From NCBI GenBank assembly GCA_963782525.1, contig CAWAKC010000001.1, forward strand, positions 320,001-384,000: a stretch of 64,000 bases of DNA. Reading direction: 5' to 3'. Position numbers and translations under genes: made by a program. The notes beneath the pieces were generated by a model. The model worked only from the letters and a program-made list of their open reading frames with translations, was not told the DNA's origin and ran no database searches. Origin of the DNA: Candidatus Bathyarchaeota archaeon. GTDB lineage: Archaea; Thermoproteota; Bathyarchaeia; Bathyarchaeales; Bathycorpusculaceae. Below are positions 49,573-59,407 of this stretch, piece after piece; the first letter of the stretch is position 1; every line of letters begins with the position of its first letter.

Positions 49573-51405
49573 ATCCCAAAAAAGATTTCCAGCGAACTTT
49601 TCAATAAAAATACTCAATCATTCATTTACAACAACCAAGTCAACGCAACCCAGAGAATGCTGGACTTTGACTATGCATCACACCGCGAAACACCATCAGT
49701 TGCAGCAATAATCAACCCGACAGGCGCCGACAGCTTCTCCAAGTTCTTTTTTGGAACGCATGAGATTCTAATACCAGTTTACAAGAACATCGAGAAGGCG
49801 GCAAAGATGCACCCCAACGCTGATGTGATGATAAACTTTGCATCTTACAGGTCAGCTGCACCCTCAACTGAAGAAGCACTCGCTATACCACAGTTGCGGA
49901 CAATTGTAATAATCGCTGAAGGCGTTCCTGAAAGGAGTATGAAACTGGTCACAGCCAAAACTAAAGCGCTTGGAAAAGTCATTATAGGTCCGGCCACGGT
50001 TGGAGGAATAAAAGCCGGCTGCTTCAAGATTGGAAACGCAGGTGGAACAATCGAAAACATTATCGAGTCTAAGCTTCATAGACCGGGTTCAGTGGGTTTC
50101 GTCTCTAAATCTGGCGGCCTAAGCAACGAGGCATATAACATTGTTGCTCGGAACACTGACGGTTTGTACGAAGGCATTGCTATTGGCGGAGACACCTACC
50201 CAGGTTCCACTTTGCTTGATCATCTTCTCAGGTTCGAGAATATACCAGACATTAAAATGTTGGTTTGCTTGGGCGAAGTAGGAGGAAACGCAGAGTACGA
50301 GATTGCTGAAGCGCTAAAAACCAAGAAGATAATCAAGCCCCTGGTCATTTGGGTCACTGGCACCTGTTCTAAAGCATTCAAAACAGAGGTCCAGTTTGGT
50401 CACGCAGGTGCAAAAGCAGGTAACGCTGTGGAAACTGCTGACGCTAAGAATGCGGCTCTTAGAGCTGCTGGAGCAATCGTTCCCAATTCATATGACGATT
50501 ACGACCAAAAAATAAAGGAAACATATGAGAACCTAGTACAAAAAGGCGTAATCAAACCTAAGCCAGAGCCTCCAGTGCCAAAAATCCCCATGGACTACGC
50601 GAAAGCACTGAAGGAAGGACTCATACGCAAACCCTCAAATTTTATCTGCACAATTTCCGATGACCGAGGTGAAGAACTGCTTTACGGCAAGATGCCGATC
50701 TCCGAAGTGTTCAAAAAAGACATAGGTATCGGTGGAGTACTGAGCATTTTGTGGTTCAAACGCCAGTTCCCGCCATATGCAACTAAGTTCATTGAAATGG
50801 CGATTATGGTTACAGCTGACCACGGACCTGCTGTTTCGGGTGCGCACAATGCCATTGTCGCTGCGAGGGCAGGCAAGGACTTGATTTCTTCGGTTGCAAG
50901 CGGCATGCTGACCATTGGGCCTAGGTTTGGAGGCGCCATAGATGGGGCTGCTCAAAGTTTCTCTGATGCCTTCGACAGGGGATTAACTCCAGCCCAGTTC
51001 GTTGAGGAGATGAAGAAGAAAGGTGAGAACATTCAGGGAATTGGACACTTGATAAAGAACGTGAACAACCCTGATATGCGCGTCACAATCATGAAGGAAT
51101 ACGCGAAAAAACACTTCAAAGCTACACCGGTGCTAGATTTCGCGCTTGAAGTTGAAAAGGTCACGACAGCTAAGAAAGACAACCTCATTTTGAACGTGGA
51201 CGGCTGCATCGGAATTTGTTTCGTAGATCTACTGAGGAATGAGATGACAAAGCAGGAAGCTGACGAATCTATCCATATGGGCGCATTAAATGGCTTGTTC
51301 GTGCTGGGTAGAACTATCGGTATGACGGGGCATTTTCTTGACCAGAAAAGACTCAAGCAGGGTCTCTACAGACACCCATGGGATGACATTACATATATGA
51401 CTTAG
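49573..51405 (+). CDS. aclA: ATP-citrate lyase, alpha subunit (apparent ATC start)
   Basis: QRMLDFDY, IGPATVGG, FGHAGA, DHGPAVSG, LILNVDG, LYRHPWDDI; the N-terminal segment extends 28 codons upstream of the annotated ATG. Confidence 0.93.
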   Translation: MPKKISSELFNKNTQSFIYNNQVNATQRMLDFDYASHRETPSVAAIINPTGADSFSKFFFGTHEILIPVYKNIEKAAKMHPNADVMINFASYRSAAPSTEEALAIPQLRTIVIIAEGVPERSMKLVTAKTKALGKVIIGPATVGGIKAGCFKIGNAGGTIENIIESKLHRPGSVGFVSKSGGLSNEAYNIVARNTDGLYEGIAIGGDTYPGSTLLDHLLRFENIPDIKMLVCLGEVGGNAEYEIAEALKTKKIIKPLVIWVTGTCSKAFKTEVQFGHAGAKAGNAVETADAKNAALRAAGAIVPNSYDDYDQKIKETYENLVQKGVIKPKPEPPVPKIPMDYAKALKEGLIRKPSNFICTISDDRGEELLYGKMPISEVFKKDIGIGGVLSILWFKRQFPPYATKFIEMAIMVTADHGPAVSGAHNAIVAARAGKDLISSVASGMLTIGPRFGGAIDGAAQSFSDAFDRGLTPAQFVEEMKKKGENIQGIGHLIKNVNNPDMRVTIMKEYAKKHFKATPVLDFALEVEKVTTAKKDNLILNVDGCIGICFVDLLRNEMTKQEADESIHMGALNGLFVLGRTIGMTGHFLDQKRLKQGLYRHPWDDITYMT

Positions 51406-51487
51406 TAGAGGGAAAACTTGGCGATGCCGTATCGGATTTCCTTACAAGGCGGAAAAAAATGTTCAGCGTCTTGACATAACGAAGCTC

Positions 51488-51676
51488 TTAATCGCGGGAT
51501 AATCTCCTCAAACATCTTAGCCATTCCAAATGGTCATTTCCTTTAAGCCATTCAATATGAGGTTTTCCTTTCCCATTCAAAGGCTCAAACCGAATAAAGT
51601 GTCGCCCATCAAGGGTCCTAAACAATGAAGCCTTAAAATCGCCGAAGTCACTAATGCCTTCTTCAAGCTTTTCCAT
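51488..51676 (-). CDS. Small hypothetical protein
   Basis: 62-aa ORF with strong TATA-like TTTTATATATAA upstream. Confidence 0.5.
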   Translation of the reverse strand: MEKLEEGISDFGDFKASLFRTLDGRHFIRFEPLNGKGKPHIEWLKGNDHLEWLRCLRRLSRD

Positions 51677-51792
51677 TTTGAATCGCTCAAAAGAAAATAT
51701 TCTTTAAATTATATATAAAATTAACTCAAACACAAAGTTTGCCAATCAAGCTTCAAAAAATTTCACTGTAGAAGCAACAACCGACATAAAAA

Positions 51793-51917
51793 GCACAGCA
51801 TTGTCTGTAAACCGATCGTTTTCGGTATCTCAACTTGGGGATTATTGTAATACTTTTGGAAATCTTTTATTCATATAAGTCAACTTCAATCTATGGCTAG
51901 ATTTCTCTTCAGCACAG
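51793..51917 (+). repeat. Left ~125-bp direct repeat (promoter and first codons of the PLD-like gene)
   Basis: Aligns to 63037-63162, core GGAAATCTTTTATTCATATAAGTCAAC.TCAAT.TATGGCTAGATT. Confidence 0.85.
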
Positions 51918-52039
51918 TATTTTTAAAGGTCAATCGTTTCGCCGCCTGCAGCCTACTCTGTTTCTTCCACAAATCTCGGTTCGTTGGGTGTTGGGACAAG
52001 CGCAATTTTCACGTTTACTCCTGTTCGTGCTTTGCCTAC

Positions 52040-52583
52040 TTTAACGCTGGAGAATACGACGAAACCTTGACGTTTAGAGTTGACGCATACACTGATCAGG
52101 ATACTCAGCCGCCTACGCCAACCAAACATTAAACGTAGCCATCCATCATTTCAACCATACTGACGCTTCGTGACCGTGATTAACCATGACACCTTTGATG
52201 GAGCTGATAACAACGGTTGGGGTGGAGTAAACTGTGGAAAAACATCAGCGTATGGTTTTCTAAGTTCACCTTGCGCTTTCATGTGTGCATATGACCAAAA
52301 CCAAGGCTATTCCTGGCCTCGATACAAAAATTTTGTTGTTGGAAACTACACCAAAGTTCGCTTTGTGCTTCACATAAAGGCTCCTAACTCATATAATCAA
52401 CAATCTGTTGAGATTAACATTGGTGGCGTAGCTAAGAAACAAAGAGATGTGCACTTGCCTGTAGACACTTGGTGTCGTCTTGCTTACAACATGCCAGTGA
52501 ATAAAACAACCCTTGTTAGAGTGCACAGCCAAACTTACTCGGGTGCGGTTGTAATTGATGAGATTTGGGTTATCGCAAAATAG
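52040..52583 (+). pseudogene. Frameshifted remnant of a beta-rich hypothetical protein
   Basis: LTFRVDAYTD / GYSAAYANQTLNVAIHHFNHTDAS / TVINHDTFDG join across two frameshifts. Confidence 0.5.
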
Positions 52584-52666
52584 CCGCAAAAGCTTCCTTT
52601 GCACGTTTGCCATAAACATATAGGCGCATTTGTTAAGCGCTCACATACCTTTTTTGATAAGTCTGT

Positions 52667-53518
52667 TTAAGATGATGGTAAGACAGCGGCGCGTTTGTGT
52701 TTTTTGAAGTGGACTAACAAACCAACAGTTGCAAACATTATGCTAAGCAGTAAAGATGTTGACCACAGGGGAATCTCTGGAACTGTAGGAGTTGGGGTTG
52801 GTGAAGCAGAAATTTCGCCTATAGTTACTGTTTGTGTGTTACTCCAAGCACTATCTGAATCATAGGCGATTGCAGGTTCATTAAATCCTCCATACTGAGG
52901 AAACAGAGGATGCTGAACATACCAATATGTAGAATTTCGCCCAACTAATGCCTCTGCTTGAAAATCAATTTGAGCATCAGCTGGAATGCCATCTAAAAAC
53001 GCAAAGTATCTTCCTTCTTGACCTATATCTCCAGAATAGTACCTCTGAATATCAAAGCCTGATTCTCCGTAATATTCAGTTGCTACAACAGGGAAAGTAA
53101 TAGTGGTGTAACTTGAATTTGATTTCGGAGAGGAATCGTCAATATACCATGCAAAAGAGAAAGTGCCATCTCCATTGTATAAGCTGGTTCTGTTTTGTAT
53201 TGGGTAGATTTCAGTCCAATTTTCTGCAAAGTGAGGTTTAGTTCGAATATTGTAGTATATTTGGTTGTTTGAATTGTCAAAGAACTGGTTATTTATTTTA
53301 ATTAGAATTGAGTTGTTGATAATCTGCTTGGTTTCATTTGCTCCAGTGTAAGGATTAGTTGTAGTTACACTGTAGGAAGCATTCACAAACTTAACGGTGA
53401 ATTCGGGTACAGACGGTTTAGGTATTGATTGTGCATTTGCTGATTCAACTATAATTAGGCTTGATGCTGTTAAGATTACCACAAGAAGTAACGAGAAACC
53501 CTTGCTGATACATCCCAT
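52667..53518 (-). CDS. Surface protein with signal peptide and PEI/PEF-type TM anchor
   Basis: IPKPSVPEFTV...WSNTQTVTI...VPEIP-TM-KKHK; start moved to the ATG 25 nt below the TATA box. Confidence 0.85.
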   Translation of the reverse strand: MGCISKGFSLLLVVILTASSLIIVESANAQSIPKPSVPEFTVKFVNASYSVTTTNPYTGANETKQIINNSILIKINNQFFDNSNNQIYYNIRTKPHFAENWTEIYPIQNRTSLYNGDGTFSFAWYIDDSSPKSNSSYTTITFPVVATEYYGESGFDIQRYYSGDIGQEGRYFAFLDGIPADAQIDFQAEALVGRNSTYWYVQHPLFPQYGGFNEPAIAYDSDSAWSNTQTVTIGEISASPTPTPTVPEIPLWSTSLLLSIMFATVGLLVHFKKHKRAAVLPSS

Positions 53519-53566
53519 GATTAATCTAGGAATGGTTTGCAAATAAAAGACTTCTCGTAAACGTCC

Positions 53567-53697
53567 GAGACTGTGTGATAACTCAATTGCTTTTCAAAAA
53601 ATTGCTGATTTGCTCGCAAAAAGCAATGGCTGATAAAACGGCTTTTAACAACAATGAAGCAATTTTCAAAATCCGAACTGACTTTTTACACAGTCTC
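53567..53697. mobile_element. 131-bp MITE with IS1182-type ends, copy 1
   Basis: TIR GAGACTGTGT/ACACAGTCTC; 4-bp TSD GTCC. Confidence 0.9.
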
Positions 53698-53725
53698 GTC
53701 CCTTGACTAAATCTAGTCAAATTTC

Positions 53726-53856
53726 GAGACTGTGTGATAACTCAATTGCTTTTCAAAAAATTGCTGATTTGCTCGCAAAAAGCAATGGCTGATAAAACGG
53801 CTTTTAACAACAATGAAGCAATTTTCAAAATCCAAACTGACTTTTTACACAGTCTC
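53726..53856. mobile_element. 131-bp MITE, copy 2
   Basis: One substitution from copy 1; 4-bp TSD TTTC. Confidence 0.9.
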
Positions 53857-54742
53857 TTTCCTTTACTAAGTTGAGTTTGCGTTTTTTGCGGTAAACCAAC
53901 AAACCAACAGTTGCCAGCATTACACTAGGCAGTAGGGGGATTGTCCATAAGGGAAACTCTGGAATATTCGCTTGTGAAGATATGACAGGTTTCATTAAAG
54001 GATGATAATCCTGATAATAGACTGTTTTGCTTCCATTTTGGGCTGTAGAGAACACATATGGCGTGTTGCCTATTCCAGTATTGTCTATTTCATTGGCGTT
54101 GGGGTATCTTGTTTGATAATCGCTCCAATAGTTCCTATCCACAACTGGCGCATTAGACAACCAAAGGGATATCGTAGTGTTGACGAAATTGTTTTCCGTG
54201 ATAATATCTGTTCCATTTGGGTTATAATCAAACAAGACAGTTGCGTTTACGAGATTATTGTGTTTAATTAGGTCACCTGTACCATTTGCGTTGCCTTGAA
54301 TTTCCATGCTTGATTTGTCGAAGTAATTGCCGATAAAACTGTTGTTGCTTCCGCCAACCGAGAAAGCGCCTGTGGGAATGTTGTAAATCCTTAAATTCTC
54401 CACCAAGACGCCCCAACATTCTCGATGGGACAAGTCAGGTCCTCCCAGAAGTATGCCGATTTCCGAATTTTGACCCGTATTAATTCCGTTTCCTTGAAGC
54501 GTATGCCCTGCACCGTCAATTATGATATTGTTGGTTTGAACCCAAATGGTGCCGAAAATGTCGCCCTCAAAGGTGTATGTTGCTCCGTTTCGCTCAAGCA
54601 AGCTTATGCTTGGTTCAACACTTCCATCGGGATGGATTGTAATGTTGAGTAGTTCTTGCGCTTTAATAGGTGAAGTTAAGATTAAGACCGAAGCTAAGAG
54701 ACCTATCAGAACGAGTGAAACTGCTAATGCTGTTTTTTTCAT
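53825..54742 (-). CDS. NosD-like beta-helix surface protein with IPEFP-TM anchor; tail altered by MITE
   Basis: IDGAGHTLQG, NYWSDY, GIGNTPY, DYHPLM, IPEFP. Confidence 0.85.
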   Translation of the reverse strand: MKKTALAVSLVLIGLLASVLILTSPIKAQELLNITIHPDGSVEPSISLLERNGATYTFEGDIFGTIWVQTNNIIIDGAGHTLQGNGINTGQNSEIGILLGGPDLSHRECWGVLVENLRIYNIPTGAFSVGGSNNSFIGNYFDKSSMEIQGNANGTGDLIKHNNLVNATVLFDYNPNGTDIITENNFVNTTISLWLSNAPVVDRNYWSDYQTRYPNANEIDNTGIGNTPYVFSTAQNGSKTVYYQDYHPLMKPVISSQANIPEFPLWTIPLLPSVMLATVGLLVYRKKRKLNLVKERDCVKSQFGF

Positions 54743-55835
54743 TCAGGGTTTAACCTCATGTTTGCGTCTCTTGGAGTAGACCAACAAACCAGCAACCACG
54801 ATTATAGTAAGTAACAATGGAGTTGCCAATATGGGGTACTCTGGGATTGAAGGTGAAGGAGTTGGAGATGAAGTGGGTCCAGAATTAGGCATTGTGACTG
54901 AAACTGGCAACATAATTGGGTCATTATCTTGGTTGTTTGCGTCTATTATGTATGGGGTATCACCGATGCCGTCCTTATTAGCGTCTGTTCCGTTGTAGTC
55001 ACTCCAATAGTTTCGGTCAATAGTGTTAACAGAACGACTGCCACCCCATGTAAGATAATAATCTTCGTTAGCCGAGAACTGGATGGTATTGTTAACATAA
55101 TTGTTGTTGGATATCATATTATTACTAGATCCATAAACAGTTGTTCCACATCCTGAATTTGATATGTTATTTCGAATTATTGTGTTGCCATTTGGATTGT
55201 ACCATTTTGGGGGAGAGTATTCCGCTAGCAATCGGATAGCTACATCTTGACAGTTTGTCATGATGTTTTCTGTAACCATATTATTGGAGCTGCCTTCTCT
55301 AAGCTGAATGCCCTCTGTGCATGAGTCGATATAATTATTTTTGAGCAAATTGTTGTTTGAGTAGCTCAATTGAATAGCTGCCGAAAGCCCGATTGATTGA
55401 AGAATATTCTCGGTAATAGTGCTATTTTGTGAATTGAGTAATACTATGCCGTATTGAGTATTTGTTATCTTGTTTCCTGAAATTTTGGAGTTGTTTGCAG
55501 ATATTGTTATTCCTTGCCAGCCGTCATATATGGTCAAGCCTGTTATGGTTACATTATCGCTTTCTACCTTCAGACCTGCTGTCACATCAATTACGGTTGC
55601 ATCCCTGTCTTCTCCAATCAATGAAACCGATTTGTTGACTACTGGATTTTCCACATAAGTGCCTCTCTTAACGAATATTGTGTCTCCTACGTCGGCAGTG
55701 TTGATAGCTTCTTGAATAGTGTTAGAATCGTGGGACAGTGATTGTTTTAGATTCAGCCTTCACGGGCAAATTTACAGTTAAACATAAAGTTGCCAAGAAG
55801 ACGAGAACAACCAGCAGTGCAACATTCTTCCTCAT
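54743..55835 (-). pseudogene. NosD-like beta-helix surface protein with a frameshift near 55730
   Basis: Signal peptide MRKNVALL...TITVP is out of frame with DSNTIQEAINTA...; rest has NYWSDY, GIGDTPY, IPEYP-TM. Confidence 0.75.
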
Positions 55836-56800
55836 GTTTTACCTCCCGATTTCGGTCGGCGTTTTTTGAGGTAAACCAACAAACCAGCAGCCACCGCTAA
55901 CACGACTACAAGGGTCACAGCGGCAAAAATCGTGGTAGAATGAGGATTTGCTTTGGGTGGTTCTGCACCAGTATTAATCGTTTGATGCGGTGAAGACGTA
56001 GATGGTGCCGATGGAAGAGGGATGTTAAAGTTGGGAATCTCAAAATCGGTTATCGGGTTAACTAATGGGTGATAATCAATGGCTGAATAGTTGCCGTGGC
56101 TACCGCCTATAAATTTGTCATAGACATTTGGGGTATCCCATATTCCAGAATTATCCAATTCCTTTGCGTTGGGGTATTCTGCTGTATAGTTGCTCCAGTA
56201 ATTCTTGTCAACAATTGGCGGTTTAGCCAAATCAACAAAGATCCAACTGTCAATAAAGTTATTTTCGGTTATGACATCATTTCCGCCATTATTGTAGTCA
56301 ACGAATATTTCGGTGATATTGAAAATGTTATGTTTTACTATATTTCCTTCATCGCTTCCTCCTATAATGTGGAGGCGTGCATTGTCAAAGTAGTTGCCGA
56401 TGAAACTGTTGTTGTTTGAGGGAGTGTATATGCCTTCCGCGAAATTGTAAATTCGCAAATTCTTCACTAAGACGTTGCCATATGCATTGAAAGCCTCATC
56501 ATGTCCAACCAAATTTATCCCTCGAAAGTTCGATTCTCGGGGGTTCCCTTGAAGGGTATGTCCTGCTCCGTCGATTGTGATTCCTGCTCTTTGAACTGTT
56601 ATTGTGGCAAAAATATCTACAATAAAGGTGTATGTGCTGCCATTTCTTTGAAGCCAAATAATATCAGTGTCTGGTTCAATGCTTCCATCTGGCTTGATTG
56701 TTAGGTTTAGTGGTTCTTGTTCTTGCGCTTTAACTGGTAAGGCGAGGATTGAAAGAGAAACTATGAGGCAGACTGTAACTAAAGCAATGCAGGCTTTCAT
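55832..56800 (-). CDS. NosD-like beta-helix surface protein with TM anchor
   Basis: Paralog of 53825-54742; IDGAGHTLQG, NYWSNY, DYHPL, GLLVYLKKRR. Confidence 0.85.
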   Translation of the reverse strand: MKACIALVTVCLIVSLSILALPVKAQEQEPLNLTIKPDGSIEPDTDIIWLQRNGSTYTFIVDIFATITVQRAGITIDGAGHTLQGNPRESNFRGINLVGHDEAFNAYGNVLVKNLRIYNFAEGIYTPSNNNSFIGNYFDNARLHIIGGSDEGNIVKHNIFNITEIFVDYNNGGNDVITENNFIDSWIFVDLAKPPIVDKNYWSNYTAEYPNAKELDNSGIWDTPNVYDKFIGGSHGNYSAIDYHPLVNPITDFEIPNFNIPLPSAPSTSSPHQTINTGAEPPKANPHSTTIFAAVTLVVVLAVAAGLLVYLKKRRPKSGGKT

Positions 56801-56856
56801 GACTTATCAGAAATAGTCATGAAGTTTTCGCCTTATAGGTATTCTCGTCAAGAAAC

Positions 56857-58532
56857 GAGACCGTGTAAAAAATAGCGCAGCGGCCAGTTGTTAACTTGAA
56901 AAAGTACTTAATACTTTTTGAGATTTTACTTTCTCTTATTCTTTATTTTTTAACAAGCGCTTGGATTAGAGCTTCAACCCCAAGAATGTTTAGAGCTCTC
57001 CTCAAATTATAAGAAAACAAAAGCAACCCAACCTCCCCACTAACCTTGCGAAGACCTTTAAGCAGCAAATATGGAGCACCAAACGCTCTCTTCAAAGTTC
57101 CAAACGTATGCTCAATCACTTTTTTGCGTTCACCCATAATCTCTGGATGCAATTTCATCCGCTTTCTCATATCATCGACAACTTCTTCGTGCACCCACCG
57201 CCAAATTACCCGACCTACCTTATTGCCTGTGCACTTAGTCATAAAAAATTGGCATGAAGAGCAAACACCTTTCTGGCATCTGTAAATACGCATCTCAATC
57301 CCTTCACGAACGCTCAAACAATAAAACAAAAGACGCCGCCCAGCTGGACAAACATACACATCAGCACTCTTATCATAACGGAATTTGTCAGCAGTAAACT
57401 CCGGAGACACAAGACCGCCACCGCTTCCAGATCTCTTCACTGCAACATAAGGCGTAACCCCACTGTCGACACATTGCTTAATCTGCATGAAGTCAAAATA
57501 ACCTTTATCAGAAATACAATCAATCTGCTCTACTCCTAGTGTTTCTTTTGCGCTTATAGCTACTCCGCTGAGCTGATTTAGGTCTGAAGCTTCGTTAGTC
57601 ACCAGGTAGTTGACGATGAGATGGTTTTTTGAATCCACTGCTGCCTGCATGTTATAGCAGGATTCAACTCTGCCATGATTCATCATCTGCCGACAATCCA
57701 GATCAGTTAGAGCAACTTCCTTTTGACCACTCTTTTCTATTTTACCAAGGATTTCTTGGCTCTTTTCTTTTTTCTCAAGCAACGCAGCCAATTTGTCTAC
57801 CATAAAAGCCTTCGCCACTTCACCTGACTCGCTACTTGCTTGTTGCTCGTCAGATGCTTCCTGCTCATCTGCAGCATCTAACTCGTCTAGGTAGTGTTTT
57901 ACTGATTTTTCCATGACCTTTATTCTCTTTGCAAGCGCTCGTTGGGTAAAGGCTTTATCATTGGAGTTGACGGCCCGAAGTTTGGTGCCATCTACGGTTA
58001 CTTGTTTTGCTCCATAGAGACTGAGATCTTTTAAGAAAGCTACAAAATCTTTGAACAAGGCGCATATGGCTGCTGGGTTGTCTTTTCTAAAATCCGCTAT
58101 GGTTTTAAAATCGGGTGCTAAGCCTTTGAGCAGCCACATTGCCTCAAGGTTTGTTTTGCATTCTCGTTCTAGCTTTCTGCTTGATCGGATGTGGTTTAGG
58201 CCTCCGTAGAGATAGAGTTTACAGAGATCTTTTGGGTTGTATGATGGTCTTCCAAGGTCTTGTGGTGTTGAGTGGGTGAAGCCTAACTTTTCCATGTCCA
58301 GCGTGTTTACGTAGGCGTCTATGAATCTGACTGGGTTGTCTGGTTCTACGTATTCTTCTATGGTTTTGGGCAGTAGGAACGTTTGGTTTCTGGATAAGCC
58401 TTCTACATAGCTGTCGGTTTCATCGTTCATTGTCTGCTCACTTATTTTGGTCTTGTTTGTTATGGGCGAAGGGTCTAGATTTAAGGTTAACGGCATAATA
58501 GACGAGTTAGAGCAGACTTTTCACACAGTCTC
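56857..58532 (-). mobile_element. Complete IS1182-family insertion sequence (1676 bp)
   Basis: TIRs GAGACCGTGTAAAAA and (rc) GAGACTGTGTGAAAA; 4-bp TSD AAAC; single transposase. Confidence 0.92.
56943..58430 (-). CDS. IS1182-family DDE transposase
   Basis: DNPVRFID, SSRKLE, PDFKTIADFRK, VDGTK, DKGY, IEHTFGTLK. Confidence 0.93.
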   Translation of the reverse strand: MNDETDSYVEGLSRNQTFLLPKTIEEYVEPDNPVRFIDAYVNTLDMEKLGFTHSTPQDLGRPSYNPKDLCKLYLYGGLNHIRSSRKLERECKTNLEAMWLLKGLAPDFKTIADFRKDNPAAICALFKDFVAFLKDLSLYGAKQVTVDGTKLRAVNSNDKAFTQRALAKRIKVMEKSVKHYLDELDAADEQEASDEQQASSESGEVAKAFMVDKLAALLEKKEKSQEILGKIEKSGQKEVALTDLDCRQMMNHGRVESCYNMQAAVDSKNHLIVNYLVTNEASDLNQLSGVAISAKETLGVEQIDCISDKGYFDFMQIKQCVDSGVTPYVAVKRSGSGGGLVSPEFTADKFRYDKSADVYVCPAGRRLLFYCLSVREGIEMRIYRCQKGVCSSCQFFMTKCTGNKVGRVIWRWVHEEVVDDMRKRMKLHPEIMGERKKVIEHTFGTLKRAFGAPYLLLKGLRKVSGEVGLLLFSYNLRRALNILGVEALIQALVKK

Positions 58533-58615
58533 AAACCTTGACCAAGCCCAGACAAGAAAGTTTGACAAAAAACCACTTAAGCAAACTCACTCTCATAGTA
58601 TAACAGGAACGTCAA

Positions 58616-59407
58616 ATGCCAAAGAAACTCTTGGCAACAACAATCATCATAGCAACAATCTTAGCATCAGTCGTTAGCATATTGGGCGTTGAGGTAGTGA
58701 ATGCTAACCCAGTTCCTTTTTCATCAGTACCCAATACTGATTTGCCCTCTCTGACAGTTGATACGCCAGTAAGTCCATCGCCATTGTATGACAATAACAC
58801 AGTAGCAATGGATATCACAGTAGTACAACCAGATGCTTGGCTTTCATACTACATGGGGTTTATGCCTTCGGTGGGTAGCTGCTATGGGTATGTATACTTA
58901 GATGGAGCAATGAAAATAGGCTTCCCATCTACTCAAGATAAATTCAACCAATACAATATTTCATTCACTGGTTACCCAGCCACTGTGCTAAAAATCAACG
59001 GTTATAATGTCTCTTTCACCAATGAAAAAGATATCCAACACAAACTAACAATTCAACTTTATTGTATCACTTTTTCCCAAATAGGTAATTATCAATCCAA
59101 CGTGACACAGGATGTTTCATTTACAATGGACTCTAGTTCTCAAACTATTTCGTTCACTAAAACCCCAGTTATGACAGACAGAGGACCATACCCCACAGCA
59201 ACCCCAACTTCTTTCCCAATACCTACAACAAACATTACCCCAACTCCAGCATTTACTCCTAGTTTAAGTCCAGTCAACTTACCGCCTAACACAAGTTTCA
59301 CAATATCAGCCCAAGCTACGATTATCATTATTGCTTCAGTGATTGTAGTACTAGTTATCGTTTCAATTTTATTGGTTTACTTTAGGAGAAGAAAGGGTAA
59401 GCCATGA
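58616..59407 (+). CDS. Surface protein (signal peptide, variable domain, Pro/Thr linker, TM anchor)
   Basis: VEVVNANP cleavage-like motif; C-terminal LLVYFRRRKGKP. Confidence 0.85.
   Translation: MPKKLLATTIIIATILASVVSILGVEVVNANPVPFSSVPNTDLPSLTVDTPVSPSPLYDNNTVAMDITVVQPDAWLSYYMGFMPSVGSCYGYVYLDGAMKIGFPSTQDKFNQYNISFTGYPATVLKINGYNVSFTNEKDIQHKLTIQLYCITFSQIGNYQSNVTQDVSFTMDSSSQTISFTKTPVMTDRGPYPTATPTSFPIPTTNITPTPAFTPSLSPVNLPPNTSFTISAQATIIIIASVIVVLVIVSILLVYFRRRKGKP

Noticed and set aside
7000-51356. Numerous 60-156 aa antisense or alternate-frame ORFs in the track
   Set aside because: They lie within well-supported genes and show no recognisable motifs; treated as shadow ORFs.
52055-52075. GAAACCTTGAC as a third cassette-site arm
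   Set aside because: Only a half match inside a coding remnant, without the partner arm at the 8-bp spacing.
53567-53856. CRISPR array or simple tandem duplication
   Set aside because: Only two 131-bp units, each with terminal inverted repeats and its own distinct 4-bp target duplication; no cas genes.
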